Below the pieces are notes generated by a model. The model was not told where the DNA came from. It ran no database searches and saw only the letters and a list, made by a program, of their open reading frames with translations. A stretch of DNA of 64,000 nt from Kondoa subrosea (Eukaryota), in NCBI GenBank assembly GCA_039545335.1, contig BCIN01000010.1:1-64000 (forward strand), given 5' to 3'. Positions within the stretch are counted from its first letter, which is position 1. Every line of letters starts with the position of its first letter. Both the position numbers and the translations under genes were made by a program. This document shows, piece by piece, positions 38,033 through 49,508 of this stretch.

Positions 38033-40656
38033 TTAAGCGATGCCCAGAGCAACGGAAATTGCGCAGCTGACGAATGTGCGCAATTGATCGAGCTGAGACA
38101 CCTGCTTGAATGACATGCCCTCTCTTTCCTTTTCTATACTGATAAGCAATTGCTCGAGGTTGGGTCTGACATGTGCTGATAACAGGAGCGCGAGGAGCCT
38201 TTTGCTACTAGCTAAAAGAGCTTGGACAAGCTGCATGCGTAGCTTCACGATAACATTGTCGACAAGACCTGTCGAGAGTATCGTAATCAAGCCAGAGTAG
38301 TCGATCTGCATTTGATTCGAATCACTCTCCAAAATCTGACGCGCGGCTGCTGCTGCATTCCAACGAAGCTATCGACGCAGATATCACTGCTTGCCTCTTT
38401 CAAGTGAAGCTGACTTACCTTTACTGGATGGTCTGAAGACAATGCATGGGTGACATCCAGCAAAGCCGCTTGCACCAGATGATCGTTGCACGGATGGAGA
38501 GCGACCAAGCTGCCAAGACTTCTCACGCTGTTGATACGAATCTACGGAATCGTCAGAAGATGCATAGGGTGTACACAAACGACGGACCTGTTCATCGATG
38601 TCGATCGGGTATGCTATTGACCAGGATTGTATATGCCTTAGGGATGTGGAAGCATCCAGAATGGCACAATCTCCCAGTCTTTGAGCAGCTCCACAAAGAT
38701 CTGCAGAATGTTCAGGATGTTCAGCATTGAGTACATTTCAGCTCACTTGCAAAAGCCCAGCTTGAAGCTACCGTCGATTTCTGGCCATCGTCACTTTGAA
38801 AAAGCAGGTTCCGACATTCTGTGATATCAAACTGATAGCATATTAGTGACACGAGTGCAACCGTGTTCAATAGCTCACCCTATCGGTCATGTCTGAAGTC
38901 AAAGCACTTCCAATATTCCGATAACAAACAGCTTGAATCAATTCCGATTGTGACTTGGTGAGAGTTTTGATGGTCAAGTCGAGGGCCAGCCTCCGCGCGG
39001 TCTGCGACTCTGTAAGCTATCGAATCACCTTTGCAGTGACTACACACCTTCTGATCCAGTAGCGAAGCGAGACACTTCGTTGTTTCGGCTTGCAGTAGCT
39101 CGGAGCTATGTTCGAGAAAGCTAGCTATTACTGCAACTAGTGAAGAAGCTTCTTCAAGTTTCAGTTCAGGTGTACGACAGAATATCGATAGAGTTGCCAC
39201 TTTCTCCTTCGTGGGTGAGATTGTTCTAGCATCGATGTTCAGACGCTCGAGATACCGCAATCTGTATCACCGTCAGCCAGATCACGGGAGCATTCTAGAG
39301 CGGACCTGATTTGAGTCGACGATACTCGTGCTACGACAGCTAGAGTCGTGTAAGGTGTATCTTGACGATTCAGAAGTCGATCAAAGATGAGTTCGGTTGC
39401 CAATAATACAGTTAGACTTTCCGAAGTATAGCAACAAGCTTCAAGACAAAGACAGGCAGCAAAGAATACTGATGTATCTATGTTTTTTAGATCAGCCTAA
39501 GTTGCGGCATCTCTGTAATGTTCGATCACCTTTGGAAGCAGCCAAAGAGACTGCAGTGTTGTATAGCGATAAGAACCAATCGAGCTTGAGTTTGACATAG
39601 GGCGCGTTCTTGACAACTGATTCGGAGATCTGCGCCATTTCAGCGAGCGCTGATAGTCTGTATAAGAAACTCACCTTGAGTAACATGACGCGCAATGGAT
39701 CCGGTAACAGTGAATTCGCCAATGACCTGGTCAATTGCATATGCAGGCACTCTAGCAGGCCAGCCAATCGAGCGGAGAGGGACACGAAAGCAGTTGTGGC
39801 TCGAGCTCTAGTCCATACTGAGCTTTCCACCTGTATCAATGAGGAGGCAACTCACTTTTGATCCGCTATCTGCAAAAAGGGCGCCGATTTCTGTAATAAC
39901 GCCAACACCGCTACACATGCCTTTGTTCTCAATTCCAAATCCTGTTCTGCCTCCACTATTCCCAGTAACGAAGTTGTAGACGTATAAGGGTCGAGAAAGA
40001 AATGATCTGACCAAAATGCATGTAATGAAGTCGGATATTTACTAGCTATACTGATGATGCAGTCCAAAGCAGCTTTACGAAGTTGTAGATCCATTCTTGT
40101 TCCTTTGATGAAAGGTTTAACTGTATCCGCTTCAGATTCTGAAGCGCTTGTTTCTGATTGTATGGACCGCCGTTTCGTGACAGATTGACGAGCTGGTGGG
40201 AAATGATTTGATCGAGATGTTGGTGCTCTTGAGTAGCAATAAGGCGCGATCAAAGATGTGATACGGGTTATGGAAGGTTTTGACAGCGCATTTCTGTTCA
40301 CCAGCAAATCCAAGATGCGTATGGCAGATACAGCACACTGAGCTTCGGTTGCGAGTAGAAGCGTTGGAGCAAGCAGACTCAAGGAATCTGCCGCTGCGAA
40401 TACAATCGAAGCGAAAATCGAGGCATAGGTCGTAGCAGAAGAATTGGACAAGAGAGATAAGATCAATGACAGGGAAGCTTTGCGGACAGACAGGTCTGAG
40501 TCGAGCGCGAGAGGGAGAAGAATAGACGCCTGACATTACAAACATATAAGCTACCTTTGCGATTTTCCTGTCGAAGTCGCACACCTCGTCACTGCTCACT
40601 GTTCCACTTCTTGCCTTCGCTTTGATCTGAGAGAGAGTGTCGACCGCGCTTGCCAT
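38033..40656 (-). CDS. HEAT/ARM-repeat protein, HEATR6/DUF4042-like
   Basis: LRTKACVAVLALLQKSAPFL, AFVSLSARLA...LHMQL, VVKNAPYVKL and spliced K/LRWNAAAA. Start codon uncertain. Confidence 0.6.
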
Positions 40657-41158
40657 GCACAGAGGCCCGATGCGATTGACGGTTTGTGCATGAAAGACTT
40701 GAAAGACTTGAGGAGTGCAGCTCTCAAGTTTCACAGGCACTCAATATTCCTGTGATATGAAGCTGCTCCGAGCCTGTCCAGGGCGTCTTGCCTTGGTCAG
40801 GAATTCTGAGGCTTCGCGGTCCTTATTCCGTTATCTAAGACCAAGCTCTGTCCTCCCGCTAGTTCTGCTCTTGCTGCAACGTCCACTGTCATTCGCTTAT
40901 AGCGCATTACGCCATATCGCATAATCAGGTCTAGGACGTAACAGTTCCTTGATAAGCAGCTTGATAAGTCGCGATTTCTAGAAATTTTGCGCAATTGCTC
41001 CATCCTCGGGGCTCAACGTCTTCTCCGTAAACGTCGACTTGCAATTGCTTCCGAGCAGCTCCTCTTCAGCCCAACGCAAGCAATTCACAAGCCGCTCTGC
41101 CTTCCACACACATCTTATAAACAAAAGATAAACTTTGGCACGTATACCAGAAATCAAC

Positions 41159-43424
41159 ATGGTGCAAAAGAAGCAGCCTAATATCGTGAGCTGCTGCTGC
41201 GAGACTGTATAAAAAGCCAGCTGATGTGCCCTTGATTCAGCTCTTCGTGATGGTAAGTCGTCAACAAGATTTCCGGACTTCCGCAATCTCATCTTCATGC
41301 AGGCGGATCAAATGTCTCACACTATCCTACCAGCAGAAGGCGAAAAGTTTCCTGCTTTTATGCCTAACTTGAAAGCCCTGATGGAAACCGGCGTGGTCTT
41401 TGATTCGGCTTATACTAACTCCCCTTTATGCGCGCCTTCTCGTTTCTCAATGGTTTCCGGTCGTCTACCTTCTAAGATTGGTGCTTATGGTGAGTTCATC
41501 ACCTTCGACTCTGTGCGAGTAGCTCACATAGTTGTGCAAAGACAATGCTTCAAACCTTGGATCTGATGTACCTACTTATGCTCATTACCTTCGTAGCTTG
41601 GGCTACCATACTGCGTAAGTTTCATCTTCCTTCAGCGTCCTGTGTTATCAAGCTGACATTGTCGGAATAGATTGGCTGGAAAGCAGCACTTTGTAGGCAG
41701 CGAGTCAGTTAAACTGGTCTTGATAAAACATCTTCTTATGAACCATATATCTCCACAGCCAACTTCATGGGTACGAAGAAAGATTAACAAGCGATATTTA
41801 TCCAGCGGGTGAGTGCAAAGATCCTATTGTTTAGTATTTCAAGTATTGAGGCATTACTGTCACAGATTTCGGATGGACTGTGGATTGGAATTTGCCAGAA
41901 GTTAGATTAGACTGGTACCATAACCTAAGCTCAGTCGAAGAAGCTGGTCCCTGTTCAGTATCAAATCAAATCGATTACGATGAAGAAGTCTCTTAGTATG
42001 TTGCTCCTTCAGGCATGCATCAAGAATCTTGCTGAGTTCCCGTTCGAAACAGTCAATCAAACAAATATCTATGGAAACGTGCAAGACATCATCGAGATCA
42101 ACCTTTCTGCCTAACCGTTTCTTTCACTCACCCTCATGATCCCTATGCAGCCAAACAAGAATTCTGGGTACGTCAAGAGCCTCTCCAGTAGCTCCATTCA
42201 CTTATTGTCCATGATTCTGACTGCCATAGGATATGTACGAAGGTGTCGAAATTGACCTGCCTAAAGTTCCTGCTTTCCCTCAAGATCAACAAGACGCTCA
42301 CTCGAAAAGGTTGTTGAAAGTGATTGATCTGTGGGGCAAAGAATTTACAGAAGAAGAAATCAAGAGAGCGAGAAGAGCTTATTATGCTAATTGCACTTAT
42401 GTCGATGATAAGATTGGGCAATTGATCAAGACTCTGAAAGATGCAGATCTGCTGGACAACACCATCATCTTCTTCAGCGGCGATCATGGTGATTCTCTTG
42501 TTAGTGGTCGTCATTTCCAGATGGTTGTGCAGAGCTGACGTTGTACAATAGGGCGAAAGAGGCCTATGGTTCAAAATGCACTATCACGTGAGCAAATTTG
42601 CGACTGAGTGATAATTATTCTGACTGTGATTGGAACTTTAAATAAAATAGGAACCTCAGTCACGTATACCAATGGTTGCCAATTTCCCACCTCTTTTCAA
42701 ACCTCATCGAGTAGTCGAGTCAGTCTCTTCTCTGGACATCTTACCTACTTTCGTCGAACTCGCTGGAGGTCAAGTCGACCCTGATTTACCGCTTGAAGGT
42801 CGATCTATGATCAATCATCTGCGAGGCGAAGGTCCAGTCCATGATGAAGTCATCGGCGAATATTTCGGTGAAGGAACAAGTGAGTGTTTTGCCGAGACAA
42901 TTTCTTGCATGCGTGATTCTAAAATGGCAGCTCTTCCTAGTCTCACCTCTTTTCATGATCCGACGCAATCAATGGAAACTGATTTGGGCAGCAACTGATC
43001 CACCTCTACTCTATAATCTGGAAGAAGATCCACTAGAACTCAATAATCTCGCAAAAGATCCTTCCCACTCTAAAATCTTGGCCGCGTTCGAGAAAGAAGT
43101 TCAAGACCGGTGGGATGTGCCAAAGATTAGGTCTGAAGTCATCCAGTCCCAAATCAGGCGAAGACTGGTTGGTCATGCATTGAGTCAAGGAAGAAAGGTA
43201 TAATTCATCTTCAAAACTGCCAAATTTAAACTGATCGATTCATCTACAGACTGTCTGGGACCATCAACCAGTGTTTGACGCGTTCGTGCCCTTACTCTCT
43301 GTCTTTCTCTGTCCTTACTTTCTTCTTCTACAGGTCGAAGGAATACATCCGAAACGGATCAGACATTCTCGACACAGCCGAGCAGAGAGCACGCTTCCCG
43401 CCTGTCAAACCAATCTATCATTAG
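41159..43424 (+). CDS. Choline sulfatase (BetC-like, formylglycine-dependent S1 sulfatase)
   Basis: KQPNI/LFVM/ADQM, NSPLCAPSRFSMVSGRLPSKIGAY/DNA, AGKQHFVG, HGYEERLTSDIYP, SFTHPHDPY, RARRAYYANCTYVD, GDHGD and WDHQP. Confidence 0.9.
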
Positions 43425-43534
43425 CCTTATACCGCAACATCGAAAAGGAAGCGAAATCATGTTGGGTTAATATGCTTGTAATTACACTCGTCCGATCTCC
43501 ATGCATTGCATTACACGTATTAGTATGATATTCA

Positions 43535-46326
43535 CTATCGTCTGTTCCTGCTTTCTTCTGCTACGTTCCTTCCTTCAGCTCGACCGCCTGCTTCAGCACC
43601 TTCTAAGTCAGCAGATGCCTTGATTCGCTCAATTTCTTCCAGCTGCAAACACAATCAGCGCTGTATCCGAATCGCTAGCCGACAACTTACTATTGGTCGA
43701 TAGGCTTCGAAACGGATCTCAGCCAGCTGAAAGCTGTGCAAAATAGTCAAAGGCTGTTTTTCGTGTAACCAGGTCTGGGCTCACCCATCTCTTCGAAGCT
43801 CTTTGCCTCGCTTGCCAGAAACGTCGGTATTGAACGCTTGTCTAGTGAAATAGTCTCTTCCTCTTTCATAGAACAATCGCAAATTGTCACCAGGTAAAGG
43901 TGTGCCGAACTTGTCTGCTTCTGACCGTTCCGCATCTTCTTTCGCATTAGCTTTTGCAGCAGCCATAAATTTGTCTGCCTTCTTTCTCAATTCAGCCTAG
44001 AGAGGTAAAATGAATAAGACTATAGGAGCATGCTGTCATATGGCAAATGACCTTTTCAGCTTCAGAAGGACCTTTATCCACTTCTTCTGCATATGCAGGA
44101 AACCCGAGGAACACGTCCTTGCGAGGTTTTTGGACTGGCACATCATCAGGGCCTTCTTCCTCTTCTGTGCTGAATCCGCTTGTATCAGAATCCGAAGGAC
44201 CATCTTCGTTATCGCTATGCCCTTCTTGCGTCCAGACGATCTCAGATCTGTGTAAGCAGTTCCAGCCATCGAGCTTGTCTAGTGATATGCTCCAGAAATC
44301 GTCCAATGTTGCTTCCTGCGCATTATTCTCAAGTATACCGCCATAGCTGGAAAGCTAATCAGCTTGTAAAACTGACATGCAGATTCATACCGACACATAT
44401 AATGTATTCCTCAGCACAGCTAGCATTGCATTATAGCGCGAACAAGGTGCTTCACTTGCTAGATCCGGCGGCTGGTCTACTTCAGGCTTGGCTTTCTCTT
44501 CGGCAACTGCTTCCACAACTGATGACACAGGAGCAGGAGGAACATAGCGCTCTACTTCTCCATCGGAATCATCTTCTTCATCCGAGTCTTTCTCCGATAC
44601 TTCTGACTCGTGCTCCGATTCTGATTTGGGTTGGGCTTCAACTACTGGTTTAGGTTTCCGCCGCCGTTTGCCAGCTTGACCTTTCTTTTGCTTCACATTC
44701 AGTGAACGCCAACGACCAGGCGCCTTCAATTGATATGCATGCATGTCGTCTGCGGGACGTTTAGCAGATGATTGTTTGAGCCAACAGAAGTACGAACCGA
44801 AGAAAACGCTCTTCAAGTTATCATCTTCTTCCTCGTCGTGAACTCCGCCAAAGATGATTCCAGTGCTTTTGTTAGCCCATAAAGCAGCAGACGCTCCACT
44901 CCGAACGGATGGCGCATAACCACCTTTCTTCCGTCTTTCCCATTTGATTTTAGCAGAAGGCATTGTGCCTGTAGATCCTGCAAGACCGTCTAGACGAAGT
45001 AGCCAGGTATCTTCTAGCGGTAGACCCTTTGCTCGCTTGTTGATGTACTCCTTGCAATAGCCGCCTATAACTCTACTCAATGGCAAGAACTGATTTATTA
45101 GATTAAGCCTACCATGGAGTATAACACCCTCGTCGCATGGCAGGAAGGAGAAACCACTTCTTGCTCTGTTCCAATGGATCAGCAGGCGCACAAGCGATGT
45201 ACACTAGATCAACCTTGGTTTGGCGTTCACATCTTGCTGTATTTCTTGCCATCTACATACAAAATACGCTTAGAGATGATATACGACTAAACAGTCAGGA
45301 TCAACCTGTATTCGTTTAGATCGAAGAGCCAAAGATCAGCCAAGTAAGTCGTTCTTACTCCTGCTCAATCATCTCAGCAAACCTCTCACTACTCTTTGAG
45401 AGAGTATCTCACCAGTATCCTGAAATCCACCAAAGAGTACGAGGTAATGCTTCCAGACCACCATTCGGTGTCCAGATCGAGCAGAAGGTCTGATTCTGGT
45501 TTCGAAACGTTCCCAAGATTGATCTTTCAAATCAAAAGCCCACTAAAATTAAAAGGTTTCAGGCTGAAAGTTCGTGATAGAGTATAAATAGGAGGAACAG
45601 CTGACCAGATCTCTGGAGCAGAAAGTGGAAAACCATTGATAATGCATTGCAAAAAAAGCTATGTGTCTAAAAAGGCTTACCTGAAATGATGGAAGACTGT
45701 CTGATTCAATGAAGCGAATTCTCCTCCGAAGAGCCAGAGTTTTTGTCCCGATGCTGTTCCAACCAATTGATGAGCAGATCGAGGTGATGGCGAACTAACA
45801 CCAAATCTTCAGAATACTGTGACATAAGTACAGGGGCAAGCATACTTTGGTGAAGCAACGCATTTCCATTCCTTCTTGTCTGTATTATATTTGAAAAGAT
45901 CGGCATAGAAATGACTATACAAACGAAATCAAAAGGGCTGAAGAAGTTCGTCAAACGTATCGTGCGGACCATTCTTCATCTATCATAGTCTCTCCACCGA
46001 ATAGCCAGAGCGTAGATGTATCAGTAGGATCTGGACACAACGAAGCATTCGCTCTTCTTGTCTAAGGATTGACACAATAAGATCACGTCCATAGTCACGA
46101 GGGAAAGCAGCAATACAGGCATAGCGGAAATAGTGACAGTCACTTTATGATCTTCAGCATATTGTCGTTTGAAATCTTCAAGTGTTTGTAGCAAGTCCTC
46201 TTCAGTCTCGATGCCTTGTTTCTTGAGGGTCTTCTTTTCAAGTTTAGCAGCTTTCTGAGTTTGCTGTTGTCGCTTAGCAGCTTTTGCAGCTTGTTTGCTA
46301 CTGTCATTCTTCTTTTTCTTTGCCAT
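43535..46326 (-). CDS. KEL3: Kelch-repeat protein with DUF4110 C-terminus, Kel3/KLHDC4 family
   Basis: Lys-rich MAKKKKNDSSK start, LWLFGGE, PSARSGHR-type repeats, PCSRYNAMLAV, TPLPGDNLRLFYER and GKELRRDG. Confidence 0.85.
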
Positions 46327-46527
46327 GCCACGATTCAGTCAAATCAAGCTTTACAAATCTGCTGTAGCAACAGGTATAGAGATCTCGGATATGTCAAGCA
46401 GATTAGATATCTCAAAACCCGGTTATTGGTTGCAGTAGGTGAACAAGCAAGCATCAATAAATTGCAAGCTATATTACTCAACACACAGCCCAAGCAGGTG
46501 AGAGAACAGGTTACAGATCGCACATCG

Positions 46528-48339
46528 CTACGACGAAGGAACCACAGCTTCTATCAGATCATCTTCTTCGACTACCGACGAAAAAAGAACTATCAGCATT
46601 CAAACCGCTTTCATAATACGATGCAAACTTACCTTCACTAGCACTGATCTTCATCTTTAGATCCAAAGCCTCATCATCAAACTCCAATCTGCACTTCTCT
46701 TCCCAATTAGGTATCAATCGATCAACTTGTTTCAAATAATGTTTGAGCAAGCTTCTAAAAGTAGTGGATTTTGGTACTGCTAAATCCAGAGTAGGTAGAT
46801 TTTTCGCTCGAACTTTGAGATTGAGGGAATCTTTAGTCGGGGAAGAAGTGATTGGCGCTTCTTCAGCTTCGGGAGCTAAAGTAGACGTGAAAGCTGTTGG
46901 TCCGGAGGGCGGAGGGAAAGCTTGAGGAGTAGGTTTAGGTGCTCTATAAGTTTTTGCTGATTGAGGTGGTGGTGAGGGTTCTTGTCTTGCTCGTCTGGCT
47001 TTCACAGCATCCCAGATATTTTGTCTGTAGCCCTCTGCTTAATTGGTCAGCCTGGAGACGAGCTTGGTTACAGATCATGTCACTGACTGAATGTTGCCGA
47101 CGAGTATATGCGCAGACTCTCAGGCGTTGCGGAAGACCAAACTTGAGTCTTGTTATAAGTGATGACCAAGGTATTTCGGAGCACATTTCTTTCGATACAT
47201 ATAGAGTCGAAGATGGATTGAAAGGACTCTCCCTGTATATGTTCTTATCAGTATTATCTGATGAGCATCGGGATGAAACTTACAACGCCCAACTCGTATT
47301 CCAGAGGTTCTTCCCAGCCAATCAAGTGATTTCTAAGATGTTCAGACAACTGGCCATATTGACTCAGTTCGGCATAAGCTACCATTTGAATAGTGATGTG
47401 AACTTTTTGCGTTGACCCTTCTTCCTGATGGGAGGGCGATCGATGACTAGATTTGGTCTGAGTATTTTTTGCCAGTTGCGCCGCGAACTTCTCTAGCTCT
47501 ATATCTCTGACCAAGGTATCGTTATCGTTGTTGAAGTCTTCTTCGTACATTCGCATCGAATTATGGGTAGAGTCATATCGAGGTCTAGCAAAAATCAGTC
47601 AGGAACTAATCGAAATCGATACTGAAACTCACTCTAAATGTTTGCGAGACTCGCGTAAGATATGTTCTGGTACTTTCTCAGGTGGTGTAAGAGCTCTGGG
47701 ACCTTTCTTCTCTTTCATAGGAGATTTCCCATTCTTCTTGCTATTGTTACGAGATCGGCCAGGATCCAGTACGTCTTCATCTGAATCCACTTCTGCTATT
47801 TCTTCGTCCGATCTATATAAGCATCTATCAACTAGCCATTGAGAAAGGAAGCTCAAGATTTACTTGAAGCGTTTCGACGGTGATGCAGTTCGAGCTGACT
47901 GCGAGCGCTTTCGGTTCGCTTTCTTTTTCTTTGGAGTATCCTCGTCTGATAGATCTGAAGCCTCGCTAGACGTATCGAGGTTGATCACAAGTTGTTGTGT
48001 AGATGGACCAGCAGTTGCAATCGAAGTCTTGCTTTGACCACAGTCTACAAGCAAAAATAAATTGACTATACAGCAGTAAATGGTAACACAAGGCTAGCGA
48101 CCTTCTAGATTCAGCCGACCCTTGCTAGACACAAAGCTCATGTTCTTGCGTTTAGTGAAGAACTCGTCTTCGCTTTTGAGATCATCAGGCTGTGAAGCTC
48201 CAAGCTGACTCGAGCCAGCAGCATTCGGTAGAGGACTAGGCTTCTTGGAAGTAGGCTTTGGCTTGAAGCGGCCTCCCATTCTTGCTTCGATGATTCCTTG
48301 TTTTGTGTCAACCTTGCTCGCGTCTAATTCTGGTTCCAT
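46528..48339 (-). CDS. Rad60/Esc2/NIP45-like (RENi) protein with two SUMO-like domains
   Basis: Disordered acidic/basic N-terminus; SLD1-like LVITYNKTQVWSSATPESLRI; SLD2-like LNLKVRAK...TTFRSLLKHY...CRLEFDDEAL...EEDDLIEA. Confidence 0.7.
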
Positions 48340-48373
48340 CTCATAGCTGTGGCTTCTGCCGCGTGTCCATTAC

Positions 48374-49461
48374 ATGGCTAAACAGCCAACGCCTGCTTGG
48401 TTCAGGGCTGCCAGAGCTGTGCTCGCTTTCTTCGGCTGTCTTTATATCTTGAAAGATTTCTTTTCTCTCTTTTCCTCACCCGTATCCACTGAAACAAGCC
48501 TGCGGAAGCATGATGATCAGTCCATCTATCTCGCGGACAAATACACGTTCGTTTCATGTGATGTTTCTCCTTTGTTTTCCTGAGTTGATTGGATTCTTAG
48601 TATCGTGATGGCTACTCACAAGCGACTAGAGCATCTTCAGCGTATCACTAAATCTTATGCGTCTGGAAAATATGCTTCAGTAGATCGCGTTGTGGCAATT
48701 TGGCAAGATACGACTTCTGAACCTCCTTCTTGGTTGACCGCAATGGAGCATTCTGTCCCTATACCAGTCCTTACAAGAAGATCGGCAATCAACTCAATGA
48801 ACGAACGTTTTAGATTGGATCCTCGAATAAGGACAGAAGCGGTATTTATGGTGGATGATGATTTGAACATTCAATCTTCCGATCTGGAGTTGGCTTTCAA
48901 AGTATGGCAGGATTTAGGCAAGGATCAAAGGATCGTTGGTTTCACAGCAAGAGGTTATAGAAGTCTGCCAGCGACCAATGAATTGGCCTATGTTGCTGCA
49001 GTCGACAAACGCTATTCGATGATCCTCAGCAATGCAGCTTTCTTACATCGAAGCTTCTTCGAACTCTATTGGTCTGATGCAATCGTTCCGTATAGAGAAT
49101 ATGTAGATCGAGGTGAGCTCAATACCTTTAAATTCTGTCTGAAAAAGCTAATGGTCCAATAGTATTCAATTGCGATGATTTGTTGATCAACTTCCTGGTC
49201 TCAAATCTTACCCATCAACCACCTCTTCTATTCCAGCCAGCAAGAACGGTATTAGCCTATCCGGATCCAAGAGGTCTTTGGCGACGTCCAGATCACTTCG
49301 AAACACGCTCAACCTGTCTTACTCGATTCACCGAAATGATGGGTAGCAATCCTCTATTGACTACGAGTTGGTCTGTTGGCGCAGATTTATCCGAAAAGCA
49401 GAAGGAGATGGAAAATTTGAGCGAGACAATTGAGAGTCATGAATGGATAGCGGTGGAATGA
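48374..49461 (+). CDS. GT64 (exostosin C-terminal/EXTL2-like) glycosyltransferase, type II membrane protein
   Basis: N-terminal TM anchor; NSMNERF, IRTEAVFMVDDD, RIVGFTAR, YSMILSNAAF, FNCDDLLINF and HFETRSTCL. Three exons. Confidence 0.85.
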
Positions 49462-49508
49462 TACAAGTATGCTACTAACGATTTATATCTATATTGGCCA
49501 TTCTAATC

